Assembly: GCF_003428155.1 (NCBI RefSeq)
Contig: NZ_QLIR01000015.1
Span: 1-32,000, forward strand
Length of the DNA: 32,000 bases
Reading direction: 5' to 3'
Source of the DNA: Fastidiosibacter lacustris
Lineage (GTDB): Bacteria; Pseudomonadota; Gammaproteobacteria; Francisellales; Francisellaceae
Positions 17,362-26,673 of the stretch are shown here, piece by piece (the stretch's first letter is position 1; every line of letters starts with the position of its first letter). A model generated the notes under the pieces. That model did not search any database. It was not told the DNA's origin and saw nothing but the letters and a program-made list of their open reading frames with translations. The translations under genes and the position numbers were made by a program.

Positions 17362-20300
17362 CTATGTAGCCGAAGGTACAATCGATTTTTCAAGCTTGGT
17401 AATAAAGTGATTGATAAATGCAATTCTCTCTTTTGCATGGGGTAATGCTTTTTTTATTAAGAGGTTTTGAGCTTGACTTAACTGAAAATCTTGAGCTTGC
17501 ATTTGGACGATTTTGATCAAATGAATAGGGTCAAATTTAAGTGGTGTAATAAAGCTGATCTTGCCACCACTTGAGTGCATTTCAATTTTTTGAATGCCAA
17601 TTGCAGTGGCATTTAGCTTAAGATAAGTAATATCAAATAAGTATTGCCCATATTCAGGTAACAAACCAAAGCGATCAATGATTTCTACCTTAATTTGATT
17701 GAGTTCATCTGAAGTCATAGCGCTAGAGATACGTTTATAGAGTCCTAAACGTGTGTGAACATCAAAAATATATTCTTCTGGAAAAAGCGTTGGAATGCGA
17801 AGTTCAATAGACGCATCACTCTGGAAAGATTGATTAATTTTTGTTGCATCAAATGTTTCCCCTTTTTGTAAAGCATTAATTGTTTTTTGTAATAAATCCA
17901 TGTAGAGATTAAAGCCTATGCTTTGGATGTTGCCACTTTGTTCTTTACCTAGCATTTCTCCAGCGCCTCGAATTTCCAGATCGTGATTTGCAAGCATATA
18001 ACCACCACCTAAAGATTGCGTTTCAGCAATTGCTTCTAGCCGCTTTTTAGCATCTTTGGTCAGTGAAACATCAGGTGGTGTAAGTAGATAAGCATAAGCT
18101 TGATGGTGTGAGCGACCTACTCGACCTCTAAGCTGATGCAATTGTGCCAAGCCAAAATTATCAGCACGCTCGATGACGATGGTATTAACATTAGCGATAT
18201 CAATACCTGTTTCAATAATTGTTGTACAAACTAATATTTGGTAACGATTTTGTTGGAATTCGAACATGACCTTTTCAAGTTCACGTTCACGCATTTGTCC
18301 ATGTGCAACAGCTATTTTAATTTCAGGAAAAATTTGTTGTAATTGCTCTGATTTGTCATATATGGTGATGACACTATTATGTAAATAATAAACTTGTCCA
18401 CCACGCAAGGTTTCACGCATAATCGCTTCACGAATAATGCTGATATTAAACTGCCTTATAAAAGTCTTAACAGAGAGTCGTTTAGCAGGAGGTGTTGAAA
18501 TAACCGATAGATCACGAATATTTGAAAATGCCATGTTAAGCGTACGTGGAATAGGCGTTGCTGTCATGGTTAAAATATCTATATTCGTACGCAGTGCTTT
18601 CATTTTTTCTTTGTGTGTGACACCAAAACGATGCTCTTCATCAATAATTAATAATCCAAGGTTATGAAATTTAATTTTATCGGATAATAGTTTATGGGTG
18701 CCAATTATAATATCAATCATTCCATTATTGATTTTTTCAATGGCATCACCTTGCTCGCGTGTGGTTTTAAAACGAGATAAAACATCAACATTAGCACCTG
18801 TTTCACTAAAACGGTCACTGAAATTTTCAAAGTGCTGCTGTGCAAGCAATGTGGTAGGTGCTAAAATGGCAACTTGTTTGTTATTGTTGATAGCAATAAA
18901 AGCAGCTCGCATTGCAACCTCAGTTTTACCAAAACCCACATCACCACAAACCAATCTATCCATTGGCTTTTCAGTGATCATATCCTTTATTACATCATTG
19001 ATTGCAATAGCTTGATCAGGTGTTTCTTCAAAAGGAAATCCCTCACAAAAAGCAAGATATTCGTTTTCATTAAAAATATTACCATAGCCTTTTTTAAGCA
19101 AACGTTTAGCGTAAATATCTAAAAGGTCAGCTGCAACATCATTAATTTTTTTAGCAGCCTTTTCTTTTTCCTTTTCCCATTGATCGGAACCCAATTTACT
19201 AATTGGTGCATGCTCAAGGTCTGTACCGCTATAGCGACTAACAAGGTGTAAAGCATAAATAGGCACGTAAAGTTTTTCATCATTTTTAAAACTTAAAGTG
19301 AGGAATTCTGTCTCTTGATTGCCGACATCTAATTTGGTCAAGCCATCATAACGGGCAATACCATGTTCAATGTGAACCACAGGACTACCAATAGTGAGCT
19401 CCGATAGATCCTTTAACGCTACAGTTGGAAAATTCTCAATATCTTTTTTTATTTTACGGGAGCGTAAGTTAATTGCACTGTGACTTGCAAATAAATCAAA
19501 CTCGGTAATGATAGCGTAGTTTTGATTAAGAATTACTCCTTGCGTAAACGGTGCTACGATGATGATGTACTGCTCATCAGTGGATATGGCTTCCGACCAG
19601 TTAGTGTGGTGATGTAGCTTAAGATGAAGTTTTGTTAGGTTTTCATAAAGTAAAGCTTTACGACCACTGCTTTCAGCGCAGAAAATCACTTTTTTAAACG
19701 TTTGACCATTGAGTAGATCCAATAAATTTTGATAGGGTTCTTTATAGTGATAATGCACATGAATATCTGTTATGGGCGCAGTAATAAGATTATTTGCTTT
19801 TGGCTTATAGTTTTTAAGCCATTTGATGTGGTTAAAGGTTTGAAGTTTTTGATTAAAATCAGTTACTGATAAAAATACTTTATCATATCTCAAAATGGGT
19901 CGCTGATGATCATGAGCCAGTTGGTCATGACGAATGATAATATCTTGATAGTAACGCTCAAGCGCTTGTTGACAGTTATAAATGCTATGAACAATTGTCT
20001 TTTGGGGTACATAATCAAAAATAGTACATAACCTTTCATAAAAAAGTGGCAAGTAAAACTCAATACCACTGATGCTTTGACCTTTGATAATCTGTTGGTA
20101 AATTTGATTTTGAGACTTGGCGTGTGGTAAAAACGAAAACCAATTTTGTGCAAATTGATCCAAGCTTTTCTTATCTAGGACAAATTCTTGCGTTGGTAAA
20201 ATCTGAATTTTATCAATCAGATTATTTGATCTTTGAGTTTCTAGGTCAATGGTGCGAATGCTGTCTATTTCATCGTCAAATAGATCAATACGATATGCTT

Positions 20301-20817
20301 CATCTGATCCCATTGGAAAAATATCCAAAATACTGCCACGAACGCTAAACTCACCGCGACTAATAACTTGTGATACATTTTGGTAACCAACTGTTTCTAA
20401 TTGACGCTTTTTTTGAGTAATGTCAAGCCGATCACCTTTTTTCATTACGAAACTTTGTTGATTTAAAAAAGATTGTGGGGGTAAGTATTTTAAAAGTGTG
20501 GTGGCATTTGCAATGATAATCAGTTGATCATGGTTTTGGATGCGGTTTAAAGTACTTAAGCGGGAAGAAATAACGTCTTCAGAAGCGGAAAAATGGTCAA
20601 ATGGCAGAATCTCCAAATCCGCAAAATAAACAACGTCTTGAGTTGTTAATAGAAAACTTAGCTCATCATAAAGTTGTAGTGCAAGTTGTGCATTTTCAGT
20701 AATAACTAAGTGTGTACAAAGACTATTTTGGTTGATATATTCGCTTAACGCTAAAGAGATTGATGTTGTTTGAGCATTAGCGAAAATATTGCGTGTTGTA
20801 TGGGGTAACAGTTGCAT
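17362..20817 (-). CDS. mfd: Transcription-repair coupling factor Mfd
   Basis: 1151 aa. Helicase motifs GDVGFGKTEVA, IIDEEHRFG and MTATPIPRT. Length and domain order are typical of Mfd. Confidence 0.95.
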   Translation of the reverse strand: MQLLPHTTRNIFANAQTTSISLALSEYINQNSLCTHLVITENAQLALQLYDELSFLLTTQDVVYFADLEILPFDHFSASEDVISSRLSTLNRIQNHDQLIIIANATTLLKYLPPQSFLNQQSFVMKKGDRLDITQKKRQLETVGYQNVSQVISRGEFSVRGSILDIFPMGSDEAYRIDLFDDEIDSIRTIDLETQRSNNLIDKIQILPTQEFVLDKKSLDQFAQNWFSFLPHAKSQNQIYQQIIKGQSISGIEFYLPLFYERLCTIFDYVPQKTIVHSIYNCQQALERYYQDIIIRHDQLAHDHQRPILRYDKVFLSVTDFNQKLQTFNHIKWLKNYKPKANNLITAPITDIHVHYHYKEPYQNLLDLLNGQTFKKVIFCAESSGRKALLYENLTKLHLKLHHHTNWSEAISTDEQYIIIVAPFTQGVILNQNYAIITEFDLFASHSAINLRSRKIKKDIENFPTVALKDLSELTIGSPVVHIEHGIARYDGLTKLDVGNQETEFLTLSFKNDEKLYVPIYALHLVSRYSGTDLEHAPISKLGSDQWEKEKEKAAKKINDVAADLLDIYAKRLLKKGYGNIFNENEYLAFCEGFPFEETPDQAIAINDVIKDMITEKPMDRLVCGDVGFGKTEVAMRAAFIAINNNKQVAILAPTTLLAQQHFENFSDRFSETGANVDVLSRFKTTREQGDAIEKINNGMIDIIIGTHKLLSDKIKFHNLGLLIIDEEHRFGVTHKEKMKALRTNIDILTMTATPIPRTLNMAFSNIRDLSVISTPPAKRLSVKTFIRQFNISIIREAIMRETLRGGQVYYLHNSVITIYDKSEQLQQIFPEIKIAVAHGQMRERELEKVMFEFQQNRYQILVCTTIIETGIDIANVNTIVIERADNFGLAQLHQLRGRVGRSHHQAYAYLLTPPDVSLTKDAKKRLEAIAETQSLGGGYMLANHDLEIRGAGEMLGKEQSGNIQSIGFNLYMDLLQKTINALQKGETFDATKINQSFQSDASIELRIPTLFPEEYIFDVHTRLGLYKRISSAMTSDELNQIKVEIIDRFGLLPEYGQYLFDITYLKLNATAIGIQKIEMHSSGGKISFITPLKFDPIHLIKIVQMQAQDFQLSQAQNLLIKKALPHAKERIAFINHFITKLEKSIVPSAT

Positions 20818-20919
20818 TAATATGGGACTTACTTTTCAAATTACGCTATTTTAAAGACTCATGTTAAGGTTCGCAATAAAAGTTACCAAACTCTTAATAT
20901 TTAAACAGGAATATAGAAA

Positions 20920-21474
20920 ATGAAAATAAAGCGTTGCCTATGGGCTGAAGATGATTCTGATATGATTGCTTATCATGATGATGAATGGGGCATCCCTTTG
21001 TATGATGAGCAAAGACTATTTGAGTTTTTATCGTTGGAAGGTGCACAAGCTGGGTTGAGTTGGAAAACGATTTTAAAGCGAAGAGAAGCTTATCAAAAAG
21101 CATTTCACTGTTTTGAAATCAGCAAAGTGGCATTAATGAGCACTGAAGATATGGAGTTATTACTGACAAATAGTGGCATTATTCGCAACCGTTTAAAGGT
21201 TAAAAGTGTAATTAATAATGCAAGATGTTGGCTTAAACTTAAAGAGAATCTATCTGTGGTTGAGAAATTATGGACATTTTCGCCAGAAAACCAAGATATT
21301 TATTATCATCAACATGACGTTCCTGCGTTTACAGATGAAGCACAAGCAATGAGTAAATGGCTAAAATTAAATGGTTTTACATTCGTTGGTCCCAAGATAT
21401 GTTATGCCTTTATGCAAGCAACTGGTATGGTGAATGATCATATAAAAAGTTGCTATTTGTCACGGACACAATAA
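20920..21474 (+). CDS. tag: DNA-3-methyladenine glycosylase I
   Basis: 184 aa. YHDDEWGIP, LEGAQAGLSW and MVNDHIKSC match E. coli Tag, including the Zn-ligand positions. Confidence 0.9.
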   Translation: MKIKRCLWAEDDSDMIAYHDDEWGIPLYDEQRLFEFLSLEGAQAGLSWKTILKRREAYQKAFHCFEISKVALMSTEDMELLLTNSGIIRNRLKVKSVINNARCWLKLKENLSVVEKLWTFSPENQDIYYHQHDVPAFTDEAQAMSKWLKLNGFTFVGPKICYAFMQATGMVNDHIKSCYLSRTQ

Positions 21475-22646
21475 GTTACTAAGATTGCAACGATTGACAT
21501 AACTAGAATTAATAGCGCAATGAGTAAATTAGGGGTAATAGGGAGGGTTAGAGCAACGCCACTAATTAAGCCAGCAGCCAATATGTTGAGACAGCCGTAT
21601 AAACTACCAACTGCACCTATACGTGTTTTAAACGTAACAATAGCTAAAGCACTACTGGTTGGGAAGATAATCCCCGCTGAGAAGTTAAAAATAATCACCG
21701 CAATCATAATAAAGGAAAGGCTAGTTGTGAAAAATATAGCTTGAATCGTGATCAATATTCCAGAGAAGAAAAATAAAAAAATCGCTAGACGTTGAACCTT
21801 CTCAATAGGTATGTATTTTAAGGCAATGCCGTTAATAAACATACCAACAGCAATAAAAGTCTCTCCTACAGCGAAGACGATTGCATAATCGATTTCACTT
21901 AGACCAAAATAGTATTGAAATAAAAATGCACTTATAGATAAATAAGTAATAATAGCGCTCATAATCGTACTTGTAATTACCATGTTTTTAATAAACACTT
22001 TATTTTTAATTACCCAAATATAGGTTTGTAGCGATAGTTTAGCTGATAGTCTTTTTTGAGGATTTAATAATGTTTCAATAAGGTAAAAATAAGCAAGACC
22101 GTAGCAAATTAGGCTTAAAATGATAATAAAGACGAAATCTGCACGCCAGTGATATATATGGGCTAAGAATGCGCCTAAAATGGGAGCCAAAGCAGGTGCT
22201 ATGAGTATGCCTATGCTCATAAATGACATAAATCGTGCATAATTGATATCATTTGGAATGACATCACGTAATATAACACGCCCTAAAGACATTGGAGCTG
22301 CCATTCCAATGGCTTGAAATGTGCGTCCGATCATAAGCATACTAAAATTAATGCTAAAAATGGTAATAAGTGTGCCAACAATGCTAACGGAGAGCCCAAG
22401 CAGGAAAATTTTGCGGCGACCAAAGCGCTCAGATAAAGGACCATATATAAGTTGGGCACAGGCAAACATAATAAAATAGTAGGTGACACTAAAAGCAAGC
22501 AAATTTGTGCTTGTCCCAAAATCATTACTAATGTTTGGTAAAGAAGGAACGTAAATGTCGGATATAAAAATTCCCAACATTGATGTTACCATAATAATTG
22601 TAACGAATATTGCCTTGGCAGTAGCCGAGGTTTTCATGTTTAGCAT
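21453..22646 (-). CDS. MFS transporter, Bcr/CflA-like drug-resistance subfamily
   Basis: 397 aa, about 12 predicted TM segments. The MFS signature region GPLSERFGRRKIFLLG lies between TM2 and TM3. The substrate is unknown. Confidence 0.75.
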   Translation of the reverse strand: MLNMKTSATAKAIFVTIIMVTSMLGIFISDIYVPSLPNISNDFGTSTNLLAFSVTYYFIMFACAQLIYGPLSERFGRRKIFLLGLSVSIVGTLITIFSINFSMLMIGRTFQAIGMAAPMSLGRVILRDVIPNDINYARFMSFMSIGILIAPALAPILGAFLAHIYHWRADFVFIIILSLICYGLAYFYLIETLLNPQKRLSAKLSLQTYIWVIKNKVFIKNMVITSTIMSAIITYLSISAFLFQYYFGLSEIDYAIVFAVGETFIAVGMFINGIALKYIPIEKVQRLAIFLFFFSGILITIQAIFFTTSLSFIMIAVIIFNFSAGIIFPTSSALAIVTFKTRIGAVGSLYGCLNILAAGLISGVALTLPITPNLLIALLILVMSIVAILVTYCVRDK

Positions 22647-22974
22647 ATTTTTACCTTATTTATTTTTTATATCTATGTAATTGTATTTTTAATTTGTAAT
22701 TTTATTTGAAAATACGTTGATATTTGTAAAATAAAAGTTTAGATTGGGAAAGTCAATCGATTGATGCTTATCATTTATCAAACCTTACACAAGTAAGAAA
22801 ACAAGGAGGAAAAGTTATGAATAGTATTAATAACGATAGCACATATGTACATGGAGAATCATCTGCAAAAGAAATTTGGTAGTATTGTCTATTAGCTGCA
22901 TGTGTGTGAGTTGAAAAACATGTATATATCCAGCACACTTTAAACTAACCACTCAGTATGCATAAGGAGGTATT

Positions 22975-23475
22975 ATGAAAAAGATAATTTTACCCATAAC
23001 CTTAGCTTTAATTTCCAGTGAGGTTTTTGCTGACGCTTATGATGCATCTGGGAATTATATTCCAAGTGGTCAAACCACTCCAAGATACGAAACTAAAATG
23101 GTTGTACACAAGTATCAATATGCAGGGCAATATATTAATGACCTTAAATTGGTCAATTTTATAGACTATTATTTGAGCTTATATCCATCGGGGTTAACTG
23201 ATCTTTATTTTAAGGGTTTTTCACCCCAACAGGCAGAAGAGTCAACTGTATATGATATTCAGGAAACTAGTATTATAAACGACAGCAATAAACTAATGAC
23301 TTTTAATGAGTTTAAAACTTGGGCTTTGCACAACGTTAGTCCTAATAGTAAAGGGCTGGAAAAGTTACAACAATTAGATGAAGCAACTTTTATACAAAAA
23401 GTTGTTCAAGCGCAACAAATTTTAAACAAAACAAATAATGATGTGATTAGTATAAACACCCCGAAAGTCAAATAG
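22975..23475 (+). CDS. Secreted hypothetical protein (orphan)
   Basis: 166 aa. AAGGAGG lies just upstream of the ATG. Sec-type signal peptide MKKIILPITLALISSEVFA/DAY. No family recognised. The stop codon lies 2 nt from the IS end. Confidence 0.55.
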   Translation: MKKIILPITLALISSEVFADAYDASGNYIPSGQTTPRYETKMVVHKYQYAGQYINDLKLVNFIDYYLSLYPSGLTDLYFKGFSPQQAEESTVYDIQETSIINDSNKLMTFNEFKTWALHNVSPNSKGLEKLQQLDEATFIQKVVQAQQILNKTNNDVISINTPKVK

Positions 23476-23477
23476 CC

Positions 23478-24036
23478 GGTAGTGTCTTACTTTAGCGTTT
23501 TAGATATTTCTACCCCATTCAATACGGTTAATGTAAAGCCCGATAACGGTATCGTGCATTAACTCGCTTTTTGAAAAGCAGATACTTTTCCTGGCAAATT
23601 GCTTTATTCTGGTTCTAAATGTTAAAAATTTGCGTTCAATCTTCTGTGTATTACGTTTCCCTATATCATGATATTCACCGGGAATAAAGCTCCGGTTACA
23701 TTTCAACAATCTAAAGGCTTTTTTTATCGTATTAATCACGGTTTTTGTGCTAGCTTTTAAAACACGTGCTATATCTCGTATACCACTACCATTGCTACAC
23801 ATATCAATAATTTTTTCTTTTATCTTGGGCAGCCGACCTAGTGCTTTATATTCAAGTTGAAAGTACTTTCTGCAACCTTGACAGGGATATCTTTGCGTAC
23901 CATTTGGACTAGATTTCAATTGGTTTTTACCTGATTTAACTGTTTTTATTGAGTTGCAATTCCTGTAACGTACATCAATTTTTGCCATTTTTGATTTGGG
24001 ATTATAAAAACAAATGTGCCAGATGATAACACTACC
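23478..24036 (-). mobile_element. IS1-family element, internally deleted (559 bp)
   Basis: Terminal inverted repeats start GGTAGTGT (23478-23485) and its reverse complement ACACTACC (24029-24036), which is an IS1-type terminus. It encloses a single InsA/InsB-related ORF. No flanking direct repeat is visible. Confidence 0.75.
23500..23988 (-). CDS. IS1-family InsA-like protein fused in frame to the InsB C-terminal tail; DDE core missing
   Basis: 162 aa. RYPCQGCRKYFQLEY...KIIDMCSNGSGIRDIARVLKASTKTVINTIKK resembles E. coli InsA. NTQKIERKFLTFRTRIKQFARKSICFSKSELMHDTVIGLYIN resembles the last 45 aa or so of InsB. About 70 residues of a full InsAB' are absent. Confidence 0.7.
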   Translation of the reverse strand: MAKIDVRYRNCNSIKTVKSGKNQLKSSPNGTQRYPCQGCRKYFQLEYKALGRLPKIKEKIIDMCSNGSGIRDIARVLKASTKTVINTIKKAFRLLKCNRSFIPGEYHDIGKRNTQKIERKFLTFRTRIKQFARKSICFSKSELMHDTVIGLYINRIEWGRNI

Positions 24037-24195
24037 CGCAATTTTAAGTCGAACTCATTTAATGCTAAGTTAAAATATTTTCTTAAAGTAATAAGTTTAA
24101 AGTAATAAGAATGTCATAACAGATGGATTTACATTTAGCTCAAACAGTGATTATATAGCTAGACTCAGAAATAAAGCTAACGTATTAACATAATA

Positions 24196-25206
24196 ATGAT
24201 CGTACTATCTGGAGATGTCGGGGGCACAAATACACGCCTTCAAATAACGGAGCATCAAAGTAAAAAAGCGAAAATAATCTTTGCCAAAAAATATTTGGCA
24301 GCTGAGTTTAAAAGTCTATCTGCGATCATTGAGCAGTTTTTGGCAGAGGCTACATTTGATCGATCCAAGATTCAAGCTGTGTGTATTGCAGTTGCAGGTC
24401 CTGTTAAAAATGGAGCAATTGAATTTACGAATTTACCCTGGGGTTTAACCGAGAATGAGTTAGCAGAGGTGCTTTGTTTGGATAAAAGCAAAGTAAGATT
24501 AATTAATGATTTTACATCGATTGGTTATGGTCTAGATTCGGTAGAAAAAAACAATTTAATTTGTCTACAAAAAGCGGAAATTGATCCTGATGCGCCAATA
24601 GCCATGGTAGGGGCAGGCACAGGAATTGGGATGGGAATTGTAACTAAACATAACGGTCAAACTTTAGTCTATCCAAGCGAAGGAGGACACCAAGATTTTG
24701 CGCCAGTAGATGATGAGCAAATTGGATTATTTCAATTTTTGAAAAAGCGGCTACATCGGGTTTCAATCGAGAGAATTTGTTGTGGTCCTGGTCTTATTAA
24801 CATCTATAAATATGTCGTTGCAAATCCATTGTATAACCAGCCTGAGTCGCCAGAATTAAAGCGAGATATGCACAAAGGGATTGACCATGCTCAGCTTATT
24901 ACTCAGTATGCGTTGGAAAAAGGTGATCCTATGGCGTTAAGAGCCGTGGATATATTTATTCGTGTATATGGTGCAGTTGCAGGTGATATGGCACTGGTTA
25001 CTTTACCAAAAGGTGGATTGTATATTGTTGGTGGAATTGCACCTAAAATTATTACACAAATGCAGGATGGTCGTTTCATGAAAACCTTTCAAGATAAGGG
25101 GAGGTTATCTGGTTTAATGAAAGAAATTCCTATTTTTGTTGTTATGGATACTGACGTTGGTATCAAGGGGGCTGCCGAATTTGCGTTATCATTGTGCAAA
25201 AAATAA
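24196..25206 (+). CDS. glk: Glucokinase
   Basis: 336 aa. LSGDVGGTNTRL, INDFTSIGYG, GAGTGIGMG and EGGHQDFAP align with E. coli Glk over the full length. Confidence 0.9.
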   Translation: MIVLSGDVGGTNTRLQITEHQSKKAKIIFAKKYLAAEFKSLSAIIEQFLAEATFDRSKIQAVCIAVAGPVKNGAIEFTNLPWGLTENELAEVLCLDKSKVRLINDFTSIGYGLDSVEKNNLICLQKAEIDPDAPIAMVGAGTGIGMGIVTKHNGQTLVYPSEGGHQDFAPVDDEQIGLFQFLKKRLHRVSIERICCGPGLINIYKYVVANPLYNQPESPELKRDMHKGIDHAQLITQYALEKGDPMALRAVDIFIRVYGAVAGDMALVTLPKGGLYIVGGIAPKIITQMQDGRFMKTFQDKGRLSGLMKEIPIFVVMDTDVGIKGAAEFALSLCKK

Positions 25207-25237
25207 TCCTGGCAATTTTACCAATATCCTATATGAT

Positions 25238-25261
25238 ACCCATGCAAAATGGGTTTATTTT
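25238..25261 (+). terminator. Possible intrinsic terminator after glk
   Basis: ACCCAT (25238-25243), loop GCAAA, ATGGGT (25249-25254), followed by TTATTTT. The stem is short (6 bp) so it is weak. Confidence 0.4.
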
Positions 25262-25308
25262 AAAACGTCCAATTTGATTATATATAGACGGTTAATGAAG
25301 GTAAAAAT

Positions 25309-26463
25309 ATGCAGAAAATATTAAAACAACCAATAGACTTAAAAAGTGTATTGGTCTTAACGTTGACTCCTATTGCTGCTGTTATTTTTATTCCATATTA
25401 TGCAATTAGCTATGGATTTTCAGCAGCAGATTGGTTTTGGTTTAGTTTTTTTATGATAGCAACTGGAGTTTCGATTACAGCGGGTTACCATCGATTATGG
25501 GCTCATCGTGCTTATAAGGCAAAAGCACCATTGAAGATATTCTTCATGTTGTTTGGTGCAGCTGCGCTACAAAACAGCATTATCAAATGGTCCTCAGATC
25601 ATCGTAAACATCATCGTTTTGTCGATGATAAAGAAATGGACCCTTATGCAGCAACAAAAGGCTTTTGGTATAGTCACTTTACATGGATGTTACGTCATTT
25701 ACCTAAAAAAGTGGCGCAAGTTGAGAACGTAAGTGATTTAGAAAATGATAAAATTGTTGCTTTTCAGCATAAATATTACGTTCTATTAGCAATTTTTATG
25801 TGCGTGATTTTGCCCATACTTATTGGTGCGAGCTACGGTAGTATTGGTGGTTGTTTGTTATTAGCAGGATTATTGCGTTTGGTGCTCAATCATCACTTTA
25901 CTTTTTTTATTAATTCACTTGCACACATTTGGGGTAAGCAAAAATTTTCAGACGAAAACACCGCGCGTGATAATCCAATCTTGTCGTTAGTTACTTATGG
26001 GGAGGGTTATCACAACTATCATCACAAATATGCAGGTGACTATCGCAATGGAGTGAAGTGGTACGACTTTGATCCATCTAAGTGGTTGATTTATGGAGCA
26101 TCCAAAATTGGTTGGGCATATGATTTAAAAACAATACCTAAGCCTGCTATTGAGGCAGCAAGAGCATCCATGCAACTAAAAGAAGCACAAAGTAGAATTA
26201 AAGACAAACGCTATATTAAGCTCGTCGTTGACTTTGAGAAAAGGTTGGAGGATCAGTATAAAGTGCTTTTTGATAGTATCAAGGAGTGGGCAAAAGCCAA
26301 ACAAGCTTGGTTACAAGCTAAAAAAGATAAGTTATCTGCCACCCAAATTTTACAGTTAAAAGAGCACTATAAGTCATTGAAACAGAAATTTAAAACCGAA
26401 CGTAAATTATGGCGCACACTTTCAAACTCATCTGTCAAGGTTGCTAAATTAAAAGTTGCATAG
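25309..26463 (+). CDS. Membrane acyl-lipid/acyl-CoA delta-9-type fatty acid desaturase
   Basis: 384 aa. Three histidine boxes HRLWAH, HRKHH and HNYHH in the canonical order, with TM hairpins between them. The C-terminal 95 aa or so form a Lys-rich, coiled-coil-like tail. Confidence 0.85.
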   Translation: MQKILKQPIDLKSVLVLTLTPIAAVIFIPYYAISYGFSAADWFWFSFFMIATGVSITAGYHRLWAHRAYKAKAPLKIFFMLFGAAALQNSIIKWSSDHRKHHRFVDDKEMDPYAATKGFWYSHFTWMLRHLPKKVAQVENVSDLENDKIVAFQHKYYVLLAIFMCVILPILIGASYGSIGGCLLLAGLLRLVLNHHFTFFINSLAHIWGKQKFSDENTARDNPILSLVTYGEGYHNYHHKYAGDYRNGVKWYDFDPSKWLIYGASKIGWAYDLKTIPKPAIEAARASMQLKEAQSRIKDKRYIKLVVDFEKRLEDQYKVLFDSIKEWAKAKQAWLQAKKDKLSATQILQLKEHYKSLKQKFKTERKLWRTLSNSSVKVAKLKVA

Positions 26464-26475
26464 TTTAAAATTCCT

Positions 26476-26499
26476 CCCACCCATCTAAATGATGGTGGG
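26476..26499 (+). terminator. Stem-loop after the desaturase gene (possible terminator, no U-tract)
   Basis: CCCACCCATC / loop TAAAT / GATGGTGGG gives a 9-bp GC-rich stem with a one-nt bulge. The downstream sequence TCAATAAC is not T-rich. Confidence 0.3.
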
Positions 26500-26673
26500 T
26501 CAATAACTACCTGTTTTAGCAGGCAGTCATTTAACATTTAATGTGAGTGATTATCTTATAGTCCACGATTAGTTTAAACCTTGCAATGCAACATAGGTCT
26601 CATGATTTTGTTCGACAACATGCAAGTGTACGACTACAATAAACACAAATTTATAAGGACAGCAATCGTTAGA

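Noticed and set aside
26529-26556. dif-like sequence. The reverse complement contains AAATGTTAAAT, which matches the XerD arm TTATGTTAAAT at 9/11.
   Set aside because: The putative XerC arm (GATAATCACT) bears no resemblance to GGTGCGCATAA-type arms. A half-site alone is expected by chance in AT-rich DNA.
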